NCBI GenBank assembly: GCA_963765765.1
Contig: CAVXYC010000015.1
Location: forward strand, 384,001-448,000
DNA length: 64,000 nt
Origin: an uncultured Chloroflexia bacterium
GTDB lineage: Bacteria > Chloroflexota > UBA6077 > JACCZL01
Direction: 5' to 3'
A program made the position numbers and the translations under genes. Positions 19,967-29,430 of this stretch are shown one piece after another. The notes under the pieces are model-generated. The model did no database searches. It saw only the letters and a list, made by a program, of their open reading frames with translations, and was not told where the DNA came from. Positions within the stretch are counted from its first letter, which is position 1. Each line of letters starts with the position of its first letter.

Positions 19967-20579
19967 TTACTGCAATGGCGAGAAGGCCGTGGGCGTGATG
20001 ATCCAGCTCTCCTGAGTGAGCATGGCTTCGCCAGCATTGGGCGGCCAGATCTTCTCCTCAATGGCGCGTGCTCGCGTGGCGACCCTTGTTGCCAGGTCGG
20101 GGTACGGCCACGAGATGGATCCATTTGCCGGATGGCGTGTGCCAATTTCCAAGTAGTGGTGATAGCGCCTCCCGCCCGGCGACTTTCGGGCCCCAACGCT
20201 CGATAAGTGTCGGAACGCCGTTGGCTCGAGCCTGATAGATGCGAAGCTCGAAAATTGGACCGACCTTCTCAGGTGTCCCCTTTAGCTCACGACACCAAGG
20301 CGTAGGTGTGAGTAGCTCCATCTCAGTTCGCATGATCAGATCACCCTCGTGTGGCGGCCAGGCCCCATCGGCGGCGACCGCCCTCGAGACTTCCGCGTGG
20401 TGTTGAGCGTCTTCGTACGGCCAGAGCTCAATCACCTGGAACAGCGGTCCGATCTCCGTATGCCAGGCGCCGGCGAGCGGTGATTGTCGAAGTCGCTTCG
20501 GCAGCGCCGCTTCCATGCGCTGCTCCAGCTCACGTTGACCACCCATTCGTGTGCGCGAGATGCGCAGCTCATAGATCAT
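19967..20579 (-). CDS. Two-domain NIPSNAP family protein (frameshift near 20112)
   Basis: MIYELR...AWHTEIGPLFQVIELWPYED; second repeat IFELRIY...KWIHL/WPYPDLATR...IITPTAFSPLQ. Confidence 0.88.
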
Positions 20580-20698
20580 TGTCTTCTCCGTCGCGCCTTG
20601 GCGTTGTCAATTCTGTGCGCATGCACTCGATAGAGTCATGGCGGATAATGTTTTACCGTCAACGGTCAGCTGTCAACTTTTCGGAGGTCGCCGACTCT

Positions 20699-22006
20699 AT
20701 GCTCTCACGCGAAGAAAATGAGCTTCTCTGCCGAGTTGGTCCGGAGACGCCCATGGGCCAGATGCTCAGGCGCTACTGGATTCCGGCGTGTCTTTCGCGA
20801 GAGCTGCCTGAAGCTGAAGGTGCGCCGATTCGATTGCGGCTTCTCGGGGAAGATCTTGTAGCGTTCCGAGATAGTTCGGGCAGGGTTGGTGTGATGGACG
20901 AGCTATGTCCACACCGGGGCGCTTCGTTGGTACTGGCTCGAAATGAGAACAACGCGCTCCAATGCCTCTATCACGGCTGGCGCATTGCCGCGGATGGAAC
21001 CATTCTCGAGACGCCGTGTGAGCCAGAAGAGAGCGATTTCCGATTCCGTCTGCGTCATATTGCCTATCCGGTACGTGAACAGGGTGGAATGATCTGGATC
21101 TACATGGGCGCAACGGGCACAGAGCCGGACTTCCCGGAGTTTGGTTGGACGGTAGTCCCCCACGAGCAACGGGTGCTGGTAAAGGTAATTGGCGATAGCA
21201 ATTGGGCGCAGTCACTCGAGGGCGTGATTGATTCGTCCCACTCCAGTTTTCTGCATTCGAGCGAGATCGTCGGCGCGGCGGCGCAATCGAAGCCGAACGG
21301 CACGTCCGCCTATCAGTCAGAGGGCGATGGCTTGATCGTTAAGCGACCTACCAATGATCGGGCGCCCAGGCTGGAGCCGCAGGACACGGACTACGGGTTT
21401 CGTTATGCGGCAATCCGCCGGCCCATCCAGGAGCCGGACAAGTACAAGTACATCCGTGTGACACTCTTCGTGGCGCCGTTCTTCGGGTTCATCCCGCCAC
21501 CCGCGGGTTGGGGTTTGACGGAATTCTTCGTCCCAATGGACGATGAGCATACGGCGATGTACCACGTGGAGTGGCGAGAAGACGGTCCCGTGGATCACGA
21601 ACGCCAGTACGAGCGCTCTGGCACTGTCATGGGGAAGGACATCGACGAGCGGTATCGAAAGTTCGCAAATCGAGACAACAACTGGCTCCAGGATCGCGCG
21701 GCTATGAAGGCCGGCCGGAGCTTCTCTGGTCTACGCGGGGTTCAGGTCCAGGACCAGGCGGTCCAGGAAAGCATGGGGCCGATTTACGATCGAACGCGCG
21801 AGCATCTGGGAACCAGTGACGTTGCGATCATCCGTTGGCGCCGTCTCATGCTGGACTCTGTGCGGCGATTCCAGGACGGCGGCGTCCCGATTGGTTTGGA
21901 GCGGCCAGTTCCGTACAGAGTGCTCAAGGGCGAAGAGCGAATCATTCCGATTGAAGATCCGTGGCAGGCCGTTGGCGCATTTGCCGGAGAACGCGTGGAG
22001 GCCTAG
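20699..22006 (+). CDS. Rieske aromatic ring-hydroxylating oxygenase alpha subunit (phthalate 4,5-dioxygenase/LigX-like)
   Basis: MLSREENELLCRVGPETPMG; CPHRGASL...CLYHGW; EGVIDSSHSSFLH; QDQAVQESMGPIYDRTREHLGTSD. Confidence 0.93.
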   Translation: MLSREENELLCRVGPETPMGQMLRRYWIPACLSRELPEAEGAPIRLRLLGEDLVAFRDSSGRVGVMDELCPHRGASLVLARNENNALQCLYHGWRIAADGTILETPCEPEESDFRFRLRHIAYPVREQGGMIWIYMGATGTEPDFPEFGWTVVPHEQRVLVKVIGDSNWAQSLEGVIDSSHSSFLHSSEIVGAAAQSKPNGTSAYQSEGDGLIVKRPTNDRAPRLEPQDTDYGFRYAAIRRPIQEPDKYKYIRVTLFVAPFFGFIPPPAGWGLTEFFVPMDDEHTAMYHVEWREDGPVDHERQYERSGTVMGKDIDERYRKFANRDNNWLQDRAAMKAGRSFSGLRGVQVQDQAVQESMGPIYDRTREHLGTSDVAIIRWRRLMLDSVRRFQDGGVPIGLERPVPYRVLKGEERIIPIEDPWQAVGAFAGERVEA

Positions 22007-22035
22007 CGAGAGAACTGACGTCTGACCTCTCGCTC

Positions 22036-22415
22036 TTAAAGCTCTCCCGGGAATTCCTTCTTCTGCACGGGCTGGAAGTAGAGATCCAGTGCGTAGAACA
22101 GTGTGCGTGAGAACGGGTAGAAGAACACCGGGAACAGGATCATCGCCACGATTGAGACGACCGTGATGATCGTCCACGGCGGATTGGGCCAGGTCCAGAT
22201 GACGGCTGCGACAAGCCCAACAATCCAGACCAGCTCGGACGCCATCAGGTTGAAGAACATCGCTCCGACGAAGTGACCCTCGTCGCGTTCCAGCTTCAGC
22301 CGGAACCCGGGCAGACCGGTCGGACCTGTACCCAATGGGTGAAGAGCGGCCCTCCGGCGCAGGCTGGGCATCGCAGGGTGAGCGCGCGTGACAGCAAGAC
22401 GATGGCTTTGCGCAT
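22036..22415 (-). CDS. DUF983 family protein (frameshift near 22305)
   Basis: MRKAIVLLSRALTLRCPACAGGPLF...VCP, then LERDEGHFVGAMFFN and two TM helices, YPFSRTLF. Confidence 0.75.
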
Positions 22416-22456
22416 GGCGGTTCGGGGCCCCTGTTTTGAAGTGTAACTCCCCATAA

Positions 22457-23206
22457 TCAGCGAGCGATCATCGAGCCGCCGTCGACGAGAAAGTCTGAAC
22501 CGGTGATGAACTCAGCTCCGGGGGAGATCAAGAAGACCGCTGCATTGGCAACGTCTTGCGGTTGGCACTGGCGGCCCACCAGGTTCTTAATCGGATAGTT
22601 GCGCGACGGCTCATCCGGATCTACCTCGGTGGCCACGAGGTTCGGTGTGATCGAGTTCACCCGAATCTCATGTGGAGCGAGCTGGATCGCGACGGCCCGC
22701 GTCAGGTGTAGCACGCCCGCCTTAGCTGCTGGGTAGGCAGTGCGGTTATTCGGCGCCACGTAGCCCGTGGTGGATCCGAGGTTGATAATCCGGCCGCCTC
22801 GGCCTGCATCCGCCATCACGCGACCCACCGCGCGCGTGACCAGGAAGACGCTCTTAAGCGAGACGTTGATCACCCGATCCCACTCGGCCTCCTCCAGCTC
22901 CAGAATCGGCTTGCGGTCCACGATACCGACATTGTTGACCAGGACGTCGATGCGGCCAAATCGGTCCAGGACCCCGCGGACCATGCTGTCTACCTCGGCG
23001 GCCCGCGTCACGTCAGCGACCAGTGCTTGTGCGCGTTCCGGGTGCTTCTGGTTAATGGACGATGCGACGCGATCGGCCCGCGACGAGTTGGCGTCGGCTA
23101 CCGCGACTCGTAGGCCGAGTGACGCGAATGAGCGAGCAATCGCCTCGCCAACATTGCGGCCGGCGCCCGTAACCAGCGCTACGCGTTGTTCGCCATCTTC
23201 GAACAT
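22457..23206 (-). CDS. SDR family oxidoreductase
   Basis: TGAGRNVG, LVNNVG, YPAAK, FITGSDFLVDGG. Confidence 0.92.
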   Translation of the reverse strand: MFEDGEQRVALVTGAGRNVGEAIARSFASLGLRVAVADANSSRADRVASSINQKHPERAQALVADVTRAAEVDSMVRGVLDRFGRIDVLVNNVGIVDRKPILELEEAEWDRVINVSLKSVFLVTRAVGRVMADAGRGGRIINLGSTTGYVAPNNRTAYPAAKAGVLHLTRAVAIQLAPHEIRVNSITPNLVATEVDPDEPSRNYPIKNLVGRQCQPQDVANAAVFLISPGAEFITGSDFLVDGGSMIAR

Positions 23207-23352
23207 TTTTCCTGCCCCCCGGGAGTGTAAGGGCATTATGCTCGTAGATACATTACGATCGCCGCGACGTTCCTGGCTCACGCGCCCGGGGCGTCCGCGC
23301 GAGCCAGGAAGGCAGGGCGCGGTCACGCCGCGTCGCCCACGAGGAGGACGAT

Positions 23353-24876
23353 TTGGTCGCAACACCGTCAAAGGCGCCGGGCGCTATGACCGGGCAGCGG
23401 TATGTGGAAAGCATGCGAGACAACCGCGAGGTCTGGATCGACGGCGAGAAGGTCAGAGACATCACCGTCCACCCTGCATTCAAAGACATGGTGCATGAGC
23501 TGGCGCGAGTCTACGACCTGCAGAACAGCGACCAGTACCGCGACGACATGACCTATCTTGACGAGGATAGCGGTGTCCGTACCAGCATCTCCTGGCTGGT
23601 CCCTCGCGCGCCGGAGGACTCCGAGCGCAAACGGCGCAACAGTGAGCTGTGGAACATGCTCACCTGGGGACAGCTCGGGCGCAGTCCCGACATTCTGGCG
23701 CCGTTCATCACCAACCTCGTGCCGCGGGCCGCGGCGTTCAGCGCGGTCAAGCACCCGAAATGCGACTTCGGCGAGAATGTCATCAACTACCACAAGTGGT
23801 GTCTGCAGAACGATCCATTCCTGACGCACGCACTGGGCGACCCACAGGTCGACCGCAGTGATCAGCCGCAGAACGAGCGGCGTGCCACGCCCGAAGATGA
23901 GAGCGTCGTCCTGCACGTGGTGGAAGAGACCAACGAGGGCATCATCGTCCAGGGCGGCAAGCAGCTCTCCACCGCGGCCGTTCACAGTAGCGAGACGTAC
24001 GTGTCGCTGTCACAGACATTCGCCGCCCGCAACGATCCGCGTTTCGTTCTAGCGTTCTCCATCCCGTCCAACTCGCCGGGCCTGAAGATCTTCTGCCGCG
24101 AGCCCGTGAGCCGCTGGCACGGTACGTGGGGCCACCCGTTCCTGATGCTGGACGAGCAGGACTGCATGCTGTTTTTTGAGCGCGTCCTGGTGCCGTGGGA
24201 CCGGGTGTTCATGCTCTACGAGGCGCCCAAGCTCGCCGGCCCGGGCGGTCACTTGGGCGGGTCCAGTCAGAACACGGCCGGCCTGGCGCCCCACGTGAAC
24301 TTCGCCGGCTGGGCCAATCTCACCCGAGCCCACTACCGCTTTCGCTTGATGACCGCGGTGGCCACGCTATGCGCCGAGTCGATTGGCGTGGTTGAGTTTC
24401 GCGAGGTGGCGGCCAAGCTAGGGGAGATGGCGACTTATTGCGAGATACTGCGCCACGCGATGGATGGCGTGGAGCACGGCAAGCAGCCGGTCGCACCCGG
24501 CCCTGGAGCCCTAGGCGTCTGGATCGCCCAGACCTCACGTCGGATGACTGGGCTGCTGATAGAGATCTGCGGCTCTGGCATCATGATGCAGCCCAGTGAG
24601 AATGACCTGGCCAATCCGGAGTTCCGTGAGTGCTTGGACCGGTACATGCGTGGTAAGGACGTGGACGTCGCTTACAAGTCGCGCCTGTTCCGCTTCGCTC
24701 ATGAGCTTGCCGCCTCGTCTTTCGGCATGCGCCAGGACATATACGAGTACTGGCACGGCGGCGACCCAAACCGCAACCGAATCAATCTCCTCCGCTCGTA
24801 CCAGCAGGACGACATCAAGAACCGCATCAAGGACATGTGCGGCAGCCCGCTCCCGCACGGAGAGTCAATCCAGTAG
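23353..24876 (+). CDS. 4-hydroxyphenylacetate 3-hydroxylase family (HpaB-like) flavin-dependent monooxygenase
   Basis: MTGQRYVESMRDNREVWIDGE, LGRSPD, THALGDPQVDRS, DEQDCMLFFERVLVPWDRVF, SFGMRQDIYE. Confidence 0.92.
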   Translation: MVATPSKAPGAMTGQRYVESMRDNREVWIDGEKVRDITVHPAFKDMVHELARVYDLQNSDQYRDDMTYLDEDSGVRTSISWLVPRAPEDSERKRRNSELWNMLTWGQLGRSPDILAPFITNLVPRAAAFSAVKHPKCDFGENVINYHKWCLQNDPFLTHALGDPQVDRSDQPQNERRATPEDESVVLHVVEETNEGIIVQGGKQLSTAAVHSSETYVSLSQTFAARNDPRFVLAFSIPSNSPGLKIFCREPVSRWHGTWGHPFLMLDEQDCMLFFERVLVPWDRVFMLYEAPKLAGPGGHLGGSSQNTAGLAPHVNFAGWANLTRAHYRFRLMTAVATLCAESIGVVEFREVAAKLGEMATYCEILRHAMDGVEHGKQPVAPGPGALGVWIAQTSRRMTGLLIEICGSGIMMQPSENDLANPEFRECLDRYMRGKDVDVAYKSRLFRFAHELAASSFGMRQDIYEYWHGGDPNRNRINLLRSYQQDDIKNRIKDMCGSPLPHGESIQ

Positions 24877-24880
24877 ACGA

Positions 24881-24929
24881 AATCCACGACCGCCTCCGAG
24901 TCGCGATGGGCTCTGGACGGTTGTGGATT
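24881..24929 (+). terminator. Stem-loop after the HpaB-like gene
   Basis: aatccacgaccg...cggttgtggatt. Confidence 0.45.
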
Positions 24930-25037
24930 GTGGATCCGGATACCGAGCGCGCCTGACCAGTTCGACTTCTTTAAGGTTCAACCAAGGTTCGGTCGGTACG
25001 ATGGGTGCAGATGACTAGTCTCTGGAGACTTCACTGC

Positions 25038-25508
25038 ATGCATCGTTTACATCGATTCGCCTCAGTAATTCTGGCCGTAATTGCGCCAATGTCAGTCGCG
25101 GCCTGCAGCCAGCCAGCCGCCAGCTCGCCTACCGCGGCCGCTTCCAATCCCACCCAGTCCACCGCACCGGCCGCGGCGGCGTCTCCGGCTAGCTCGGCAC
25201 CCGCCGCGTCTCCGGCAACGGGTAGCGCCGCGGCCGCATCGCCCGCGGCCAGCCCGGCGGCTTCAAGCGCCGCCCCGGCCGCGAGCACCGCGGGGAAAGT
25301 CAACGCCAATACCGCGTCCGTCCCAGAGCTTCAGGCAGCGTTTGAAGCGGCGGGTGTAACAAATGCCGTTCGTTGGGCACGCGAGGTGGAGGAGTACCGT
25401 CCATATCCGACCAATGATCCCTCGTTCGCCAAGCTCCGACAGGAGTTGGCGAAGTACAACCCCGCGCCAGACGTCCTTGAGAAAATCCTCGCGTCGCTGA
25501 CGCTCTAG
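25038..25508 (+). CDS. Lipoprotein with Ala/Ser/Pro linker and helix-hairpin-helix-like C-terminal domain
   Basis: Lipobox-like VAAC; AASPA repeats; KVNANTASVPEL...EEYRPY, ComEA/PsbU-like pattern. Confidence 0.75.
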   Translation: MHRLHRFASVILAVIAPMSVAACSQPAASSPTAAASNPTQSTAPAAAASPASSAPAASPATGSAAAASPAASPAASSAAPAASTAGKVNANTASVPELQAAFEAAGVTNAVRWAREVEEYRPYPTNDPSFAKLRQELAKYNPAPDVLEKILASLTL

Positions 25509-25511
25509 ATT

Positions 25512-25994
25512 GTGGAGAGCGCTGAAGCCCCATCATCGACCGTTGCCTTGATGCGCCGTGGCGTCCTGGGTCTGGGCGCCACGGCGCTCATCGCAACGGG
25601 GCTCGAGCTCGCCATGGAGCAGCATTGGAAGCCGGGTAGCCAGCTCGTTCCGTGGGTATCGCTGGTGGGAAGCGTTGTAGCCATCATATTGCTGGTGCGG
25701 CGTTCGCCAACCCGGACGCAGGTGCGAATTGCTCAGGTCTTGGCCGCGCTGGTGATGCTGAGCGCCGCGTATGGCGTATTCGAGCACGCGCTTGCGAACT
25801 ACGAGTCCGCGCCGTTGGACTTCCGATTCTCGGACACGTGGGATAGTTTGAGCGAGCTATCTCGGCAGTGGATCGCGGTCACACACCAGGTCGGGCCATC
25901 GCCCACACTTGCTCCCCTTGCACTGGCTTATGGCTCGGTCTGTGTGCTGCTGGCGACGTTGAGACATCCAGCGCTCGACTCGCTCCAACAGTGA
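25512..25994 (+). CDS. Hypothetical 4-TM membrane protein
   Basis: ELAMEQHW, GVFEHALANY, GPSPTLAP..L..RHP; 3 nt after the lipoprotein stop. Confidence 0.75.
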   Translation: MESAEAPSSTVALMRRGVLGLGATALIATGLELAMEQHWKPGSQLVPWVSLVGSVVAIILLVRRSPTRTQVRIAQVLAALVMLSAAYGVFEHALANYESAPLDFRFSDTWDSLSELSRQWIAVTHQVGPSPTLAPLALAYGSVCVLLATLRHPALDSLQQ

Positions 25995-26149
25995 GCGGAC
26001 TCGCTGCGATTTGACGATCAAACTGTGAAATGGTGGACATTTCTCATGTCGGCTAGCTTGGTACGATTTCCGTGCTGAGTGATGACTGAATCCCATCCGG
26101 GGCAAATTGGTCGCTCGGTCGCGGAATTCCTAGCGAGAGGTTGCTCACC

Positions 26150-26797
26150 ATGAGCGCCGTCAATGCACACCAAACCCAATCGATTGACGCCGATAAGCTT
26201 ATTCGCTGGAGCGGACTGACGCTCATCCTGGCCGGGCTCTTGTTCGGGCTGTTCCCATTTGCTCATCCTAACCATGATCCTGAGGGATTTCGCGGAGCCG
26301 CCTGGATTCCCGCGCACTTGATGCCCAATGTGGGGGCCATCGTGGCGCTCTTTGGACTAGTTGGCCTGTTCGTTCGTCAGTTTGGAGCCGCGGGCAGGTT
26401 GGGGTTGGCGGGGTTCATCACCTCGATTATCGGTACCGCTTCGTTCGTCTCGGGATTGATGATTGAAGCATTCATCATTCCCTACATGAGTCTGGAGCTG
26501 CCGCAGCCAGTTGACTTTGAAGGACCGCCTCCTCCCGGCATCGGAGAGGCATTCATAGTCGTGCGCATGCTCTTCATGCTGGGCTTCGTACTGGTGGGGG
26601 CCGCGGTAATAAAGGCGAGGATCCTGCCGCGCGGTGTTGGTATCCTGCTGATAGTGGCCACCCTGGTGAACACGTTTGGCGACATGATCATCGGCGAGCC
26701 AGCCTTCTACTTAGGTTCCGTGCTCTTCGGCGTCGCGTTGGGTTGGCTGGGGTATGCGCTCTCGTCGGAGTCTAAGGGCAGGCTCGTTTCACAATGA
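26150..26797 (+). CDS. Hypothetical multi-pass membrane protein
   Basis: About 6 TM segments, ending WLGYAL; GAGAGG RBS. Confidence 0.75.
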   Translation: MSAVNAHQTQSIDADKLIRWSGLTLILAGLLFGLFPFAHPNHDPEGFRGAAWIPAHLMPNVGAIVALFGLVGLFVRQFGAAGRLGLAGFITSIIGTASFVSGLMIEAFIIPYMSLELPQPVDFEGPPPPGIGEAFIVVRMLFMLGFVLVGAAVIKARILPRGVGILLIVATLVNTFGDMIIGEPAFYLGSVLFGVALGWLGYALSSESKGRLVSQ

Positions 26798-26810
26798 TTG
26801 AGTTGACTTT

Positions 26811-26886
26811 CTAGAACAGGCGACTCTGCCAGTCCTGTGCGTCCGAATGTGAGCTCGCTCTGGACAGGCAGAGACGCCTGTCCTCC
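26811..26886. repeat. Degenerate inverted REP pair (GGACAGGC-N6-GCCTGTCC type)
   Basis: ctagaacaggcgactctgccagtcc ... ggacaggcagagacgcctgtcctcc between convergent genes. Confidence 0.55.
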
Positions 26887-26904
26887 AGGTCAGACGCAGC
26901 GCTG

Positions 26905-28092
26905 TTAGATGAGCGAGGGCGTTTCTACCGTATGGGCCTGCAGACGCGGCAGGACCTCCTGGCCGAACCGACGTATCTGGTTCTCGAACATCTCGTGCGG
27001 CATGGCGCCGCGGTTCATGCTCACGAGAACGGTGTTCGCACCGGCATGGTCGGCTTCGTCGATGATGCGCTCCACAATCTCGTCGGAGTCTCCCCAGGGC
27101 AGGTACTCGGCGAGATGCTGGACGTCCTCGAGCGTCATGCCGCGATAGTGCTCGCGCTCTCCTGAGACGCCATCGCGATTCTCCGGTCGCAGGTAATCGA
27201 ATGATGCCGAGCTGAGATAGCCGGTCTCACGCTGGACGCTCGCCTCAGTGGCGTTGCCGTGACTGAAGAGCACGTGGTTGAAATAGAGGAAGTACGGTGC
27301 ATTCTCTTTGACCGCTTGAGCCTTACTGTCGGCAACATAGGCGTTGGCCTGGATGATCAAATGGTCTGGCGTGAGTTCGTGTCCGTTCGATTTCAGGCAG
27401 GACGCATAGTACTTGGTAATGTCCTCGCGAACACCCCGATGCGCTCCCAGCCCGGGGGTGATGGGGATGTTCTCGCGTCCGGCCCACTCAATCGTCTCTT
27501 TGCTGCCGGTCACGGGCACCCAAACCGGCGGGCGCGGCTGCTGGACCGGCCGTGGCCAGATAGCCAAGTCGCGATACGACCAGAACCTCCCCTCATAGGA
27601 GAACACGTCGTCTGTCCAGGCGCGGCGGATGATCTCCCAGGCTTCTTCGAAACGCGCTCGCGACTCCGGGTGCGGAACCCCGTACACGTTGTACTCGCGC
27701 GGAATCCCGCGCGCGAAGCCTGACACGATGCGGCCGTTCGATAGGCAATCAAGCATGGCCAGCTCTTCAGCCAACCGCAGGGGTTCGTGGAGCGGTAGCA
27801 AGTTTCCGTAGATGAGCAGCTTGATATTCTTCGTTCGCTGAGCGGCCGAGGCGGCCAGCAGATTGGGCGAGTTCATCAGGCCATACGGAGAGGTGTGATG
27901 CTCGTTGAACCCGACACCGTCGAACCCGAGCTGATCCATGAGCTCCCAGGCCTGAAGATGCTCCACGTATGTCTGGACCGCGACGTCGGGCTTAAAGTGC
28001 TTCTTCGAGAGGGGCCACGGCAGCTCTGTCCCCTCGACGAGATGGTCCAGGTGCTCGCCGTACGGCAGCAGATCAAACACGAAGACCTTCAT
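26905..28092 (-). CDS. LLM class flavin-dependent oxidoreductase
   Basis: GFDGVGFNEHH, PLRLAEELAMLDCLSNGR, IWPRPVQQPRPPVW, RRFGQEVLP. Confidence 0.94.
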   Translation of the reverse strand: MKVFVFDLLPYGEHLDHLVEGTELPWPLSKKHFKPDVAVQTYVEHLQAWELMDQLGFDGVGFNEHHTSPYGLMNSPNLLAASAAQRTKNIKLLIYGNLLPLHEPLRLAEELAMLDCLSNGRIVSGFARGIPREYNVYGVPHPESRARFEEAWEIIRRAWTDDVFSYEGRFWSYRDLAIWPRPVQQPRPPVWVPVTGSKETIEWAGRENIPITPGLGAHRGVREDITKYYASCLKSNGHELTPDHLIIQANAYVADSKAQAVKENAPYFLYFNHVLFSHGNATEASVQRETGYLSSASFDYLRPENRDGVSGEREHYRGMTLEDVQHLAEYLPWGDSDEIVERIIDEADHAGANTVLVSMNRGAMPHEMFENQIRRFGQEVLPRLQAHTVETPSLI

Positions 28093-28233
28093 TGGATGAC
28101 TCCTCAGTACATGCATCGGGTCGGACTCCCGCCGGGCTTCACGGACCGTCGGTCAACGATACCGTGAATGCTCCGCACCGTGGGAGTGATGGCGGCATAA
28201 TGCCCAGCGCAGACTTGCCTCGAGGACGTGACT

Positions 28234-29106
28234 ATGACGGCCAGAACCGAGCCGATTACCTTCCAGTCAGACGAACTGACAATAAGCGGCATCTTTCACC
28301 ACCCTGTCGCGGCGCCCGCGTCGGGCAAGGCCGCGGCGTTCATGGTGCTCCATGGATTCGGTGGCACCAAGAACGGTGGTGGTTCCGTAGCGACGGCTGA
28401 ACATCTTGCGGAACGTGGCTACGCGGCGCTCAGGATCGATTTCAGAGGGTGTGGCGAAAGCGAAGGCGAGCGTGGACTGGTGTTGTGCCTGGATCAGGTC
28501 AGTGACACGCGCAACGGTCTGACGTATCTCCAGAGTCGGGATGACGTTGACGGGAGTCGCCTAGGAGCTATCGGCGCTAGCTTTGGGGCAGCGGTCGCCG
28601 TCTACTCGGCTGGGGTGGACGACCGAATTGGTGCCACCGTCTCGATTGGTGGATGGGGAGATGGCGAGCGCAAGTTCCGCAGACAGCACTCCTCGCCCGA
28701 GGCATGGGAGAAATTCTCCACCATGCTGGAAGAGGGTGCCCGTCGTGCCGCTCGTGGGGAGCGGATGATGGTGCCCAGGTTCGACATCGTCCCCATTCCG
28801 CCCCATCTACGAAACAATCTTGCAGCCGGCTCGCACACTGAGTTCCCATGGGAGGTGGCGCGTAGCATGTACGACTTCCGCGCCGACGAGGTCGTTGGGA
28901 ACATAGCTCCACGGCCGCTTTTGCTCATCCACGCATCCAACGATTCAGTCACGCCGACACAGGAATCCGTGGAGATGTTCTCACGCGCCGGTCAGCCGAC
29001 CGACTTGCATTTATTCGCGGAAGTTGATCACTTTCTCTCATCTGAGAAGAAGTCGCGAGTGACGGAGATGCTGGATGCCTGGTTGGAGCGGTACTTTGCA
29101 GCCTGA
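28234..29106 (+). CDS. Alpha/beta fold hydrolase
   Basis: HGFGG, DFRGCGESEG, nucleophile GASFG, NDSVTP, VDHF. Confidence 0.9.
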   Translation: MTARTEPITFQSDELTISGIFHHPVAAPASGKAAAFMVLHGFGGTKNGGGSVATAEHLAERGYAALRIDFRGCGESEGERGLVLCLDQVSDTRNGLTYLQSRDDVDGSRLGAIGASFGAAVAVYSAGVDDRIGATVSIGGWGDGERKFRRQHSSPEAWEKFSTMLEEGARRAARGERMMVPRFDIVPIPPHLRNNLAAGSHTEFPWEVARSMYDFRADEVVGNIAPRPLLLIHASNDSVTPTQESVEMFSRAGQPTDLHLFAEVDHFLSSEKKSRVTEMLDAWLERYFAA

Positions 29107-29194
29107 CGCCTTTTTGGTCTGACACCGTCGGGGGTGTGCTTCTAGCTCTCATCGCCATGGCGCCAAGCAGGCCGCCGCACGCGCCGCGCTCGAT

Positions 29195-29352
29195 TCCATA
29201 AGTGTGGCACCTGGCTCGCTAGTGCACAGAATCCGCAACGATATGCCTGCTGAGGCAGCCGTGTTGGCCAACGGGATCCAGTGGCTACGCAACCTTGGTG
29301 GAGCGACGATCGGAGAAGCGGTCGTCATCCAGGGGCCCGGCACTATGGGCTC
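29195..29352 (+). pseudogene. Internal fragment of a zinc-binding (MDR) alcohol dehydrogenase
   Basis: APGSLVHRIRNDMPAEAAVLANGIQW...GEAVVIQGPGTMG; no start or C-terminal domain. Confidence 0.5.
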
Positions 29353-29430
29353 ACATCAACCGTCGCGGCCAATGAGTGGGGTGTCTTGCCCATGCGAACG
29401 ACCGGGCAAGATGCCCGACCTCACTCGGAG

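Noticed and set aside
25120-25290. GC-rich quasi-repeats
   Set aside because: They encode the AASPA linker of the lipoprotein; not a CRISPR or DNA repeat array.
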